Source of the DNA: an uncultured Hormoscilla sp.
Lineage (GTDB): Bacteria; Cyanobacteriota; Cyanobacteriia; Cyanobacteriales; Desertifilaceae
Reading direction: 5' to 3'
DNA length: 64,000 nucleotides
Assembly (NCBI GenBank): GCA_963921275.4
Contig: OZ001293.3
Location: 6,272,001-6,336,000, forward strand
Below are positions 23,499 to 36,787 of this stretch, piece by piece. Position numbers and translations under genes: made by a program. The notes beneath the pieces were generated by a model. It was not told the origin of the DNA and did not search any database. It worked only from the letters and a program-made list of their open reading frames with translations. Position 1 is the stretch's first letter. Each line of letters begins with the position of its first letter.

Positions 23499-23793
23499 AT
23501 TAACTAGCAGACGCTGGTACAAATATTATCATAGCACGAGTAACGGGCGAGTCGAATAGAACCGGGAGATCGCAGCTGAGAACAGACGCTTGTATGATGA
23601 AAATAGCCGCATCTTCGATCGCCTGGAAGGTAAGCAGCAGGATGAGGGATAAAGTGGCGATATCGCCAAGTAGTCTGGCGACAAAACTTGGCTAAATGCT
23701 ATAATCAGATTAGTTTGCGAGTTTTGAATCCTCGTCTCTTTAGAGTCGGGAGAGGTCAATTGTACTTTTAATACTTGAGTATTAGCGAAAAAC

Positions 23794-24768
23794 ATGATTC
23801 CCATTCGACTTCTACTACTAATTATCACAACGGCGTACCAGGCCATTGCTAGCTGGACTGAGGATCTACAGTCCCCGCCAGGCAAACTCATTGATGTGGG
23901 TGGTTATAAGTTACATATGTGCGTTATGGGAGAAGGCAGTCCCACTGTAGTTCTGGAGCATAGTTTGGGGGGAATTGAAGGTTATTTACTCATTCAATAA
24001 ATTGCCAAAATGACACGAGTCTGTATCTACGATCGCGCTGGATACGGTTGGAGCGATTGCAATTCAAAGCCGCGAACTAGCGAAGAAATTGTGTCAGAAC
24101 TAGATAATCTTCTAACACAGGCAGGAATTGACCCGCCATATCTTTTGGTAGGAGATTCTTTTGGCAGTTATAATGTCAGATTATACGCACACCGTTTTCC
24201 TGAAAAAGTAGTAGGGATGGTCCTCACTGACGGACTTCATGAGGTTGGTATGCTCCAGATGCCACTTCAGTTGCAAGCCTTGAAGTTGTTCTTCATGTCT
24301 GGCTTTGTGATGTCAACGTTAGGATCTACTCTCGGCATAATCCGGTTGCTCAATAAAATTGGGGTATTCGAGCTGCTTAAGCCAGAATTACGCCAGTTAG
24401 AGCCTGACGTCCTTAACTCAGTCAAACGCTCATTTTATCGCCCCAAGCACTGGCTGACAATGCTCCGAGAAATGCATGGGTTGGACGCAAGTGGATATCA
24501 GCTTCAGGCTGCTAATCATTTCGATACGCTACCGATCGCTCTCATTACAGCGAGTTCTTTTTTTATACCTTCGATTTGGACTGTATGCGTGCCAATCCAA
24601 GCGGCCAATAAGCTACGGAAAAAGATGCATAGTGAAATTCTCAAATTATCTACAGATTGCATTCAAATTCCAGCTGCGTCGAGCGGTCATTTTGTCTGGA
24701 TAGATCGACCTGATGCGATTTTAGAAGCCATTGAGATTATTCTGAGTAAAGTTGATTCGGGAAGTTAA
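23794..24768 (+). pseudogene. Alpha/beta hydrolase with an in-frame TAA at 23998-24000
   Basis: PPGKLIDVGGYKLH...IQ*IAKMTRVCIYDRAGYGWS, GDSFG, GHFV. Confidence 0.85.
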
Positions 24769-25051
24769 ACCTTCTATGGCTAACTTGATACTGCACTTGA
24801 TATAACTATACAGCAGAAGTTAACCGCTGCTAATCCTCCTTCGCGATGACAGTTAGGAGTATTCGATCGAAACGTGGTAAGTCGCGCAGTTAGAAGCGTA
24901 GGTTGGGTTTAGTTTGGAAACCCAACCTACGCTACACGCTACGCTACCATGCTCATGTTGGATTTGCTCACGCTAAGCCCAACATGAGAGTATTATAACT
25001 AATCATCGGGACTTGATATAATAGAAATAACCAGAGCGCGAGGTGAGAAAA

Positions 25052-25837
25052 ATGTCTTATCCATTTCCGGGAATGAATCCTTATTTAGAACATCACGAAT
25101 TGTGGCCGGAGGTGCATCATCGCCTGATAACCGCGATCGCGATCGTCCTCGGGCCCTCACTGCCTCCCAAATATCGGGTGGCGATCGAAAAGCGAACCTA
25201 TCTCAGCGATGTCTCCGATTCAGTCTTAATTGGGATTCCCGATGTAGCTGTAACATCCCAAAGATCGATCCCAACCCAAACAAGATCGACGATTGCAACC
25301 CTGCCAGCAAAATCTGAATCGGTAACGGTAACCCTGCCCATACCAGAAGAAATTCGAGAAAGTTATTTAGAAATCCGAGATGTGGCAACCTCCCATGTAG
25401 TGACAGTAATTGAAATTCTCTCTCCTACCAATAAACGAGCTGGAAAAGGGCGAGAAGCCTATGAAGACAAGCGGTCTCAAGTGCTCGCTAGTCCGACTCA
25501 TCTAGTAGAGATTGATTTCCTTCGGGGAGGTAAACCCATGCCTATTCTCGGCGAAACCCCACGCACGGATTACCGCATCTTAGTCGCTCGCAGAAATAAC
25601 CGTCCCCGGGCTCAGTTATATGGATTTAATGTCCGCCAAGAGATTCCCCAGTTTCTGCTGCCTTTGCGGTCAAGAGATCCCGAACCATTAGTGGATTTAC
25701 AGAGTTTGTTAGCTCAGGTGTATGAGCAAGCGAGATTCGATATATCCGTGGATTACTCTCTTGAGCCGGTACCGCCACTGAAGAAAGACGACAAAGCTTG
25801 GGCAGATCGACTGTTACGAGAGCAGGGTCTGCGGTAG
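25052..25837 (+). CDS. DUF4058 family protein
   Basis: PFPGMNPYLE, IPDVAV, IEILSPTNK, HLVEID. Confidence 0.85.
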   Translation: MSYPFPGMNPYLEHHELWPEVHHRLITAIAIVLGPSLPPKYRVAIEKRTYLSDVSDSVLIGIPDVAVTSQRSIPTQTRSTIATLPAKSESVTVTLPIPEEIRESYLEIRDVATSHVVTVIEILSPTNKRAGKGREAYEDKRSQVLASPTHLVEIDFLRGGKPMPILGETPRTDYRILVARRNNRPRAQLYGFNVRQEIPQFLLPLRSRDPEPLVDLQSLLAQVYEQARFDISVDYSLEPVPPLKKDDKAWADRLLREQGLR

Positions 25838-25915
25838 CTACCACCTTCGATGCCCTATGGCTGCGCCACGCTGCGCTAACGGGATGCAACGCAGGCAACC
25901 CCTCAGGCATCGCCG

Positions 25916-27283
25916 CTAGAGCGATCGCCCATAGAGATTAGCCATCAACTGACTGGCAACTCGGTCTAATCTGACGGAATGGGAAGCCTTAAACAAGAGG
26001 CGATCGCCCGGTTGGATCGTCTCTTTCAATCGGTTAATCAAGGACTCGTGAGTGGGAAAGGTTTCTGTAGGTATTCCTGCTGCACCCAGGGCGATCGCCT
26101 CTGCTTGGGGGTCATCCACCAAAACCAGTACGGCATCCAGCATGCAGTTCCGGGCCGTTTCCCCTACTTGCTGGTGAAACTCGGGCGATCGGGTACCCAA
26201 TTCTTTCATGGTTCCCAGGACAGCAATGTGACGCTTTCCGGGGGTTTCTGCTAGCAGATGCAAGGCCGCTTTCATAGATTCTAGCCCGGCATTGTAAGTT
26301 TCATCTAAAATGACAAGATCATTAGGTAACTCGTGGCGCTGGGCGCGTCCTTGAGGTAATGTCACTGACAAACCTTCCGCAAATACCGTCCAGTCAATGT
26401 TCAGCACCTGCGCTACTGCTAATGCTGCCATATAATTAGAAGCATTGTGACGCCCGGGTAAAGGTAAAGGCAACTGCACCCCTGATAATTCTAGGGTATT
26501 TGGATCGATCGGTCGCCCCCGCAAGTCCCCTGATTCTAAACCGTAGGTAAGAGTTTGTCCTTGCCAAACTGTGGCCGCAGTTGACATCAGTCGGCGATCG
26601 TCCTGGTTGAGAATTGCCATGCCAGTCAGGGGCATTTCTGCTAGCAACTCGCACTTGGCACAGGCGATCGCCTCTTCGGAACCAAGCAAACCGATATGGG
26701 CCGTTCCCACATTAGTAATTACCCCCATAGTGGGCCGGGCTATTTCCGTCAACAGGGCAATTTGTCCGACACCGCGCATTGCTATTTCGATCGCAGCAAA
26801 GTTATGCTCTGAAGAGAGTTCTAAAAGTGTTTTTGGAACGCCAATTTCGTTATTAAAATTTGCCTGACTTTTGAGCACTTTCCCCTGAGTTGCTAACACG
26901 GCGGCAATCAATTCCTTAGTGGTAGTTTTGCCCACCGAACCCGTGACCGCAATGATGGGAATGTCAAACTGCTGACGCCACCAACTGGCGATTTGCTGGT
27001 AAGCTACGAGAGTATCTTCTACCACTAGCTGCGGTACGGGTAGGGGCAGGAGTTTGTCCGTGATGGCCCCGATCGCACCCCGGGCGATCGCCTCCGAGAC
27101 AAATTCATGTCCGTCAAACTTTTCTCCCCGCAATGCCAGGAACAACTTACCGGACGAGCGGGTGCGATCTAGGCTCCGGCTATCGGTAGTAATGCCAGTA
27201 ACTAATGGGTTTATTGCCTCATCCTGGAAGTGGTGAGAAACTGCCTTGACAATTTTGGTAATTTGAGATAGGTTAGCGTGCAT
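25916..27283 (-). CDS. murF: UDP-N-acetylmuramoyl-tripeptide--D-Ala-D-Ala ligase
   Basis: TDSR, GEKFDGH, VTGSVGKTTTKE, NNEIGVP, DETYNA, GTMKELG. Confidence 0.96.
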   Translation of the reverse strand: MHANLSQITKIVKAVSHHFQDEAINPLVTGITTDSRSLDRTRSSGKLFLALRGEKFDGHEFVSEAIARGAIGAITDKLLPLPVPQLVVEDTLVAYQQIASWWRQQFDIPIIAVTGSVGKTTTKELIAAVLATQGKVLKSQANFNNEIGVPKTLLELSSEHNFAAIEIAMRGVGQIALLTEIARPTMGVITNVGTAHIGLLGSEEAIACAKCELLAEMPLTGMAILNQDDRRLMSTAATVWQGQTLTYGLESGDLRGRPIDPNTLELSGVQLPLPLPGRHNASNYMAALAVAQVLNIDWTVFAEGLSVTLPQGRAQRHELPNDLVILDETYNAGLESMKAALHLLAETPGKRHIAVLGTMKELGTRSPEFHQQVGETARNCMLDAVLVLVDDPQAEAIALGAAGIPTETFPTHESLINRLKETIQPGDRLLFKASHSVRLDRVASQLMANLYGRSL

Positions 27284-27358
27284 AAATCAGAGGTGCTTAA
27301 TATCTGAAATCTTGACAACACTTTATACTTTGAAAGGGATCTACTTGCGCTTAAGGTC

Positions 27359-27592
27359 GAAGAACCTGTTACTCGTCCCACCAGCGACCCCTGGGAACGC
27401 ACAGGCGATCGCCAACCGGTGGGCTCGCTGTCATATACTGGAGGCAGAGCCTCCCAAGGTTCGTTCCCAGCCCGAGACTGGGAACGAGGTGAAGAACCTG
27501 TTACTCGTTCCCACCGGCGACCCCTGGGAACGCACAGGCGATCGCCAACCGGTGGGCTCGCTGTCATATACTGGAGGCAGAGCCTCCCCAAG
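27359..27592. repeat. Direct duplication of a ~100-bp REP/MITE-like unit
   Basis: 27359-27458 and 27491-27592 are nearly identical. Confidence 0.8.
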
Positions 27593-27742
27593 CCCGCGAC
27601 GGCTGGAGGCTGCGGCCCTCCGGTTCCTTTTTGAGGACATCTTAAGAAATATTAAGATTTGACCCGATCGGGTGGGTGAGTGCTATGGTGAGAAAATATG
27701 TATATTTGCCCGATCGACCTTACCCAGAAAGAGCCAAGAGAA

Positions 27743-29759
<2,017 letters not shown>

Positions 29760-29914
29760 GTGTAATAGGCGATCGGGCCGTTCGTAGTAAGCGCGAAGCG
29801 TGCTTTCGGGGATAGGTTCGTAGTAAGCAGTCTCCGGAGAGCGCTACATGCGCAGCGCGCTGCGCGATCGCACTACTCCGGAGACATCGAAGCGTGCTTC
29901 TCTAGGTTGGGTTT

Positions 29915-30785
29915 GTGCGATTCGTTCTAGCCTAACGTGGTCAAACACGGAACGCTAGCCCGGTTTCATTAGCCGGGAACTCTGACCGCATGGGGGTTAA
30001 ATTCCCCTCCCCCCAGGTACGGGGGTGACACCGGTCCTCGGTGCTACGAAGCGACATCATCGTGGTGCTAAGCGAGGACTCAAATGTAGGATAACTGGCA
30101 GCCTAAGCCGGTGACGCCGCTAGGAAAGATATCCAAGGTTAGAGCAGGCAAACATGTGCAAGCCTCGTTATAAGGAACCAGCGAAATAAGGCTATATGCG
30201 CTGGCCTAAAAAGGAAATGGTAGCTAGTATTAGTTTTAGACTCTGGCTAATATAGTACTCAAATAGCTCCCGGGGTATAGTGTGGACCTAAAGGTATCGC
30301 GAAATGTTGTTAGGGAACGAAGTAACCTCTCGTGTGCTGTCCATCAGGACAAGTTAGATGTTAAGCGCAAGCCACGGGGGGAGGGATGGCCCAAGAAGCG
30401 AATGCCCGGGGTAATTCCTGGGATAACATCTACAGTAATGTAGATGATGCTGGGTAGCCAGCGCTGACGTGGGTCGGTGATACTAGGAAGCTGCTGGAAT
30501 GAGTAATCCTAAAAAGCCACGGAACTAATCCGAAACGCAAGTGGAGGATAAGGTATGGATAACTGGTAAAACTGACTTGAAAATGGTGATACTAACGGTT
30601 ATCAGAACAACCACTCGCTAAACCAGGAAAGGGAAGAAAAGACAGGCGGCAAGGGCTAACGGAAGTAATTCCTATTAAGTCTACCTATGAAAAGGGCCTA
30701 GTACCCAGTAGCCGGATGCGGTGAAAATCGCAAGTCCGGTTCCTCAAGGGAGGGTCGGGAAGCGATTCCCGGCTCGACCCCATCC
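29915..30785 (+). mobile_element. ORF-less group II intron, copy A3 (871 nt), inserted in a REP-like hairpin
   Basis: Empty site TAGGTTGGGTTT|CGTGCCTCAACCCAACCTA matches the uninterrupted repeat at about 37541-37563 on the opposite strand. Confidence 0.93.
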
Positions 30786-30865
30786 CGTGCCTCAACCCAA
30801 CCTACAAATCCCAGGTAAACGGGCGATCGGCCCAAAAAATAATTCCAATTATAGGATAAATACTC

Positions 30866-31361
30866 ATGCCTCGACTTACTTGTTTGTGCGGTGAAAGCAT
30901 CAGTATATAGCGTTTCTCAAATTGATGTGGTATCGCCTAGAAGTCATTGCGAGGGGGGGAGACTAGGGAGTAACTTATGCTTTCATAGAGTTACCCCCCC
31001 GAAGCAATCTCCGATAGCATATCACACTAATCTGAGAACTGCTATATCAGTGGTTCCCAACCCACAAGGATTTAAGCTAATTTGGGAATTAGAGCGCGAA
31101 AGACTGATTGAGGCTCTGCTAGCAGCTTATGCGGATGCCAAATCCTTTCAACATTTTGAAGAACAAGTCTATCAGCTTTTTTATCCGGCAAATCCAGAAT
31201 TTCCTCAAATCTACGAATGTCCCAACTGTGGTAGATTAGCTGTTTTTGTCCGCGCTGCTGACGATAAGCCAGCGTTCTGGTTGAAGCAAGAGCAAAAGTA
31301 TAGCGAGGTAGATTCAAGATCTGCTTTGTTACAGAAAAAACTAGCTACTGCTTATACGTAG
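30866..31361 (+). pseudogene. Cys-rich hypothetical protein (118 aa) interrupted by a MITE
   Basis: MPRLTCLCGESISI + SVVPNPQGFK...YECPNCGRL is in frame after removing 30908-31046. Confidence 0.75.
30908..31044. mobile_element. 137-bp MITE with a TA target duplication
   Basis: Imperfect TIRs TAGCGTTTCTCAAATT / AATCTGAGAACTGCTA, flanked by TA on both sides. Confidence 0.75.
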
Positions 31362-31526
31362 TGCGCGATCGCCCGATCATCGGAGGCACTGGCATTTGGG
31401 CATGGCCTCACCCCGCATAACGCCGGTGGTCGGGAAAGCTTAACGCTGGCCCCCGATGAATCTCAGCGTTGTAAAAATTCACTCGCTGTCAGGTAGTATG
31501 AAACAAGTTCTCAAGAGGCTACGATT

Positions 31527-31916
31527 ATGAAGCTGGTATCAAAGGAACAAGCTGCGATCGTTCGTACAGAACGCGGACTGACAGTTGCAGGCACGCGCAT
31601 CACTCTCTAGGACGTCATGGACTATGTAAAAAGAAAATATTCACGCGAGTTCATCGGGACCTGCTCGGTCTTTACAGATGCGCAAGTCAATGGGGCTCTG
31701 TCTTATATTGACGTACATCGTGCGGAGATGGAAGTAGAGTATCAGATTGTTCTCCAAGAAGCAGAAGAGCTGCGACGGTATTATAAAGAAAGAAATCGCG
31801 AGCTCTTGGCTCGCATTGCTGCTAAGCCTCCAAAACGCTGCGCTGGGGGCGCAGCCATGCCAAACTTGCATCGCCGGGAAATCCAGAGCATGAATTTGTT
31901 AAATATTAAACTTTGA
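31527..31916 (+). pseudogene. DUF433-family antitoxin-like protein with an in-frame TAG at 31608-31610
   Basis: IVRTERGLTVAGTRITL*DVMDY...ALSYIDVHRAEME. Confidence 0.75.
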
Positions 31917-32116
31917 CAGAGGGGCGATCGCGGGATAGGCCTACCTGAACCCTAATTGTTGTCCCCAAGTTAACCAGGCTAATCCGTTGCCGACTTGTAT
32001 AGGTGCTGTCTACTTCTTGGAGGGGCGTTCTCACATATTTCTGAAGGAACTTACCCATCACATTTCCAGCAGGATCGTTATGTGATTCCAGGCATCATTT
32101 CCCATGTAAGCGCTTC

Positions 32117-32310
32117 CACCATATCGGGAGTACTCTGCTATTAAATTCTCCAATCGGGAAGATGGCGTAGGGTCTAAAACGAGCAGAATCGGACTGGTGC
32201 AAGACTACATCCCCGGTGCATCCCTTCAGGAATTACTAGAACGAGGTAACGCTTTACAGAGGAACAACTGCGCCGCATTGCTAGTGAAGTGCTGGAAATT
32301 TTGATTTAGG
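32117..32310 (+). pseudogene. Ser/Thr kinase fragment
   Basis: GLVQDYIPGASLQELLERG..FTEEQLRRIASEVLEILI. Confidence 0.55.
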
Positions 32311-32469
32311 TGATTTCCGAGAACTAAATTACCGGCTTGAGTGATGCTAGATTGGAAATGTAGTCAATGACGAGCAATTACCATCTGCCAGTAGCATGGC
32401 TGCGATCTTAAACCGTATGAGCTATCGCCTGCTTCGATGTCCCCCTCTGGGGACGCGCTACTGCGCGCA

Positions 32470-34050
32470 CGCTGCGCGATCGCACTACCCCAGAGACATC
32501 GCAAAGTCGTCAAAGCCAAGCCCCCAAAAAAATTCCAGAAACTAATGCGATTTTTGACAATATCCACGCCAAAGACACCCCTGATGAGTATGGCTTGGTC
32601 AAACGCTTAAGTATGGATGCTAAAGCGACTGTCAAAATTGGGGATTATTCACGCGGTGGCAAGACTCGAGGGAACACCCAAGCTAGCGACCATGATATGG
32701 GATGCCAGGAAAAATATGTTCCCTTTGGCATTGTTGACTCCGATAGTGGGCAATTGTACATTAGGTTCTGTTGACATTTTATTTGAGCCAAATTAAAGTA
32801 GAGGCAAAACAGATAAAACTCCAAAAATTACGAGCAGATTTATCAAATCTAGAAAAAATCCGACATAGCTTGTTAAAAAAACTTTCTATTAAATGTCTCT
32901 CTTTATAAGTATGTTTGTCATATTCTCTTTGCTCCTTGCGGTTCTGGGGGAATAACTGCTTCCCGCGATTTTATCAATCAACTCATTACAGTCATAACCT
33001 CTATCTCCAATTACTCTTTCTCCTTGTTGCTCCTGTAATAATGGCAAAATTAACATCGTGAATTTCTCCTGATGTCAGAGTAAAATCTAAAGGGTTCCCT
33101 AACCCATCGCTAACAGCATGAATTTTAGTAGTAAATCCTCCTACAGATCTTCCCTTAGCTTGATTTGCTCCCCCCTTTGCTGGCACAAGGATGACTTCTA
33201 ATTACAGTGCGATCTATTAATAGATTTTCTCAATCTGGATCCTCAATACAATTTTGATAGAGACTGTTCCAGATTCCTTTGGCACTCCAACGGTTAAATA
33301 TGCATAAAAACACTATTCCCTTTGCCATATTGTTCGGGTAATTCTCTGTGCTTCTCATTATCCATAAGACTCCATTGATAAATTTTCTGCTCTTCTGTTC
33401 CCAGGTATATTGAACTCTGTCCTCTCAAAAATACTAATATTTTTTCCCAAGTTTTTCCTTGTATTTCTTGCATATTTAATTTGGCGATATTTTTTATCCA
33501 TTAAACAGGATTAATTGTAACAGCAATCGCTCTTTTTGTCAAGCCAAATGTCAACAGAAACTACCTTTGGCAGTTCCTACAAAACCAGCGACTTTGTGGT
33601 CGATAGCCTCGATCAGTGGTGGGATACCCTGACCCCCCAAGAACAACAAGACTGCGAGCTGATCCAAATCAAGGTCGATAACGGTCCAGAGAATAGTGGG
33701 GTGCACACTCAATTTCTCAATCGAATGGTGTCATTTGTCGATCAGATCGCCAAGCCGATTCAATTACTGTACTATCTGCCTATCGAGCGCAAGTACAATC
33801 CTATCGAGCGTTGTTGGGGGATTCTCGAGCAGCATTGGAATGGAACGAACTATGCTCACCGATGTCAAAACGATGCATGGCTGCGCCCCCAGCGCAGCAC
33901 TATCGGATGAGATCAGAGCATGACATGGAAGGGAATTCATCCTGTGATTAACTTGAGTAAGAAGGTGTACCAAAAAGGGAAATCCCTTTCCGACAAAGGC
34001 GATGAAGGATATTGAGAAGCGATTAGAACACCCATCCCCTGTTGCCCAAA
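32470..34050 (+). mobile_element. Degraded ISAzo13-family transposase interrupted by an IS5-family element
   Basis: SMDAKATVKIGDYSRGGK, DNGPENSG, KYNPIERCW. Confidence 0.85.
32764..33561 (-). mobile_element. Degraded IS5-family element with 16-bp TIRs and a TA duplication
   Basis: GGTTCTGTTGACATTT...AAATGTCAACAGAAAC; GRSVGGFTTKIHAVSDGLGNP; removal restores the host frame LYI-TFGSS. Confidence 0.85.
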
Positions 34051-34140
34051 TGGGATCTCCTACCCAGGAGACACGGCGCCGCCATCCCAGGATCTCGATT
34101 TTAGTCTAAAATAATTCCCTATATGGGTAGGTAAAAACAA

Positions 34141-34995
34141 GTGGCACAGGCAAGATCAAGGTGGCGACAGTACAGACGCCAGCTTTTGCGTATTTACAAC
34201 CAGACGATCTGGTTCTCACCATTCCAAAGTGCTGCTCAATGGCGCAGTCGATCGCGCCGATATCAAAAGCTAGGAAAATGGCTGGGACTGGTAACGGTAG
34301 TGGTGGCTATGCTGTGGTGGAATGGTCAGCTGCTGTTAGCCACCACCGTAGGTATCGCCATCATGTTGCTAGTCTACTTCCTGCAACAGGGAGACTGGCA
34401 AAAGCGCTGGTCAGATTTAGGCAAGCTGTTTACTGGTGCTAACCGACATCTGGCTGTAGCAGTTGGCAGTGGTGGGTTGGCCACATTGGGAACATACATG
34501 GCCTGCGCTGTCTGGATAGATTCAGATAGTCCTTGGATTGCTGCTGGTGCGATTTTGCAAGGATTGGGCACTCTGGCTATTATCATCCTCCTAGTGGGGC
34601 AATCCCTCCCCGGCCCCCGCTCCACAGCGGACTTGGATCGGTCGATCGAACAGCTGACTGACATTCACCCCCTGCGGCGTCTGATGGCGGTGCGACAACT
34701 GACCCGTGAGTTTACTACTACTCGGTGGGAACGAGACCGGCGTATTATCGCTGACTGTTTGGCTTTGATGCTGACACGGGAAACCGAACCAGCGGTGAAG
34801 AATGCAGTCCTCGAGGGTATGCAAGTGATGGGCAAGGTGGAAAAAATTGCCTCCCAGACAGCAGAAATATCCATTCCCATCGATCTTAAGCCTGACGCAC
34901 GCGCCCAAACCGATAGCCAGATGACCGACAAGAGTTCCTCGCGGGGTGACGATGGAACGCTAGCTTCCCAATACAACTCGATGAAAGGAAAATGA
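34141..34995 (+). CDS. Cyanobacterial membrane protein with a C-terminal HEAT/ARM-like segment
   Basis: Several TM segments; LAVAVGSGGLATLGTY, PLRRLMAVRQL. Confidence 0.7.
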   Translation: MAQARSRWRQYRRQLLRIYNQTIWFSPFQSAAQWRSRSRRYQKLGKWLGLVTVVVAMLWWNGQLLLATTVGIAIMLLVYFLQQGDWQKRWSDLGKLFTGANRHLAVAVGSGGLATLGTYMACAVWIDSDSPWIAAGAILQGLGTLAIIILLVGQSLPGPRSTADLDRSIEQLTDIHPLRRLMAVRQLTREFTTTRWERDRRIIADCLALMLTRETEPAVKNAVLEGMQVMGKVEKIASQTAEISIPIDLKPDARAQTDSQMTDKSSSRGDDGTLASQYNSMKGK

Positions 34996-35150
34996 CTACA
35001 GGTCGCGTACTGTCTCAACGAGCGCATCTCACTATGAGATGAAAGTAGAAATTCTCGGATTCGACCTTCGTAGTTCGACCTTCGTAGTTCGTAGTTATTT
35101 TAAAGCCTATATCGTACTACGATTGCTCTAAATATAAGACATATGCTTCT

Positions 35151-36139
35151 ATGGGATGCTCCCTTTCTCAACAGCTACAACAGCTTACTACTCAACTGGA
35201 ACAACTTCGTCTCCGACAGGCGATAATTGACCGAATTGTCCAGGGGATACAGGAGGCCCTGGTACCAGCTGAGTTGTTGCCAACAACGGCCGCCCAGTTG
35301 CAAACAGCTTTGGGGGCCAGTCGCGGTCTGATTTTTTGAACTGACGGCGATCGCCAAATAACTGCTTGTTATCTGTCATCCGCTACAAATGACCAAGGGG
35401 AAACAATGTCCGATCTGGCACAGACCCTTCAGACCGGATTTAACCAGTCTCTCTCACGGGGTCAGGCAGTTGTATTATCCCAGTCAGATATGTCACTGGC
35501 AAGCAATGCCCTGATTGTGCCCTTGATGTACCAGCAGGAATATCTGGGCTCTACGATCCTAGAGAGCGATTGGGCTCTTGATGCACAAGCAGTAGAATTT
35601 GTCAAGCGGGTAGGGGATCATTGGGCGATCGCGCTCGGGCAAGCAGCTGTAGTAGCAAAATGGAGGAATAGAGTTGAAAATAACCAGGATTTGCTGTGGG
35701 AAATGGATGAAAATTACATCTATACCTACGTCAGTCCCCAAGTGCAGTCCATATTAGGTTACTCGCCAGCAGAAATACTGGGAAAAAGGCATTAGACTTG
35801 ATGCCATCTTCAGAAGCACCGATTAATGATGAAAAGAAATTGCCATTTAACTGTGTCCAGAATAAAAATATTCATAAAGATGGTAAGATAATAGTAATGG
35901 AAGGCAGTGGAGTTCCCATTTTCGACAAGCAAGGGAACTTCCGATCGCGCAGCGCGGCGCCAGCCGTGGTTATCGGGGCATAGCGAGAGATATAACAGAA
36001 CGCAAGCAAGCAGAGTCAAAAGCACGACTGGCTCAGTTTTTTCTGGATAGGGCTAAAGATGCCGTGTATTTCACTGATCGGGAAGGTCAGTTTGTGCAAG
36101 TAAACGAAGCTGCATGTCGTCAGCTGGGCTATTCGAGAT
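35151..36139 (+). pseudogene. GAF/PAS sensor protein remnant
   Basis: GAF-like LIVPLMYQQEYLG; PAS WEMD..YTYVSPQVQSILGYSPAEILGK; several stops and frameshifts; ends at a MITE half. Confidence 0.8.
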
Positions 36140-36224
36140 CCCCCAAAATGGCATTTTTTCGGATATATTTGCAAAAAATGGCTGTCTGGGACGTATAAAT
36201 TTTAATAGGTAGCAACTTGAGTTA
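36140..36224 (-). mobile_element. Half copy of the 147-bp MITE
   Basis: Near-exact reverse complement of 19104-19187. Confidence 0.8.
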
Positions 36225-36613
36225 ATGTTAATGAACTAGCCCCAGCTGGTTTCTGACGGAATGAAGCGCGACCTTTTGACTGCGGTTTGTTGGGAGTGGC
36301 TGTGATATTGATATCTAACTCCTTAATTAACTTCTCCAATTCATCTACCTCGGCGATCGCCCTTTCTGCCGCCGACAGTCCGGATGGCGATCTATCTACA
36401 ACATCTACTTCTGACCGTTCCAGTTCTACATCGGAAGAATCTGAGTTTTGGAGTAATGATGTCATCCAATCTGGATAATGCCATGCTTCCCAGATAACCA
36501 GCATCGCCAACAACAGCATTGCTGTCGATACCCAAAAGCCCCGGACTGATTAAAGGACGCCGTCTTGCCTTGGAGTAGCGGATGGAAGCCGGGGGCTTCA
36601 AATCGTATTTCAT
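36202..36613 (-). pseudogene. Frameshifted, 3'-truncated hypothetical membrane protein
   Basis: Two overlapping frames; C-terminus runs into the MITE. Confidence 0.5.
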
Positions 36614-36787
36614 CGCTGTATTGCAGCCCTAGTCTGCACTTTCATGCTTTCCTTCATTATAACCCTCATCAGCAGGAATTTCACAAAAATTTACCCTAAC
36701 TCCCCCAGAGGTCTGGACTCCTCGGAAACAACCACCTAGTGCAAGTCGCTATATTAGGATTACCCGACTACTACTTGAAGCTATAAT

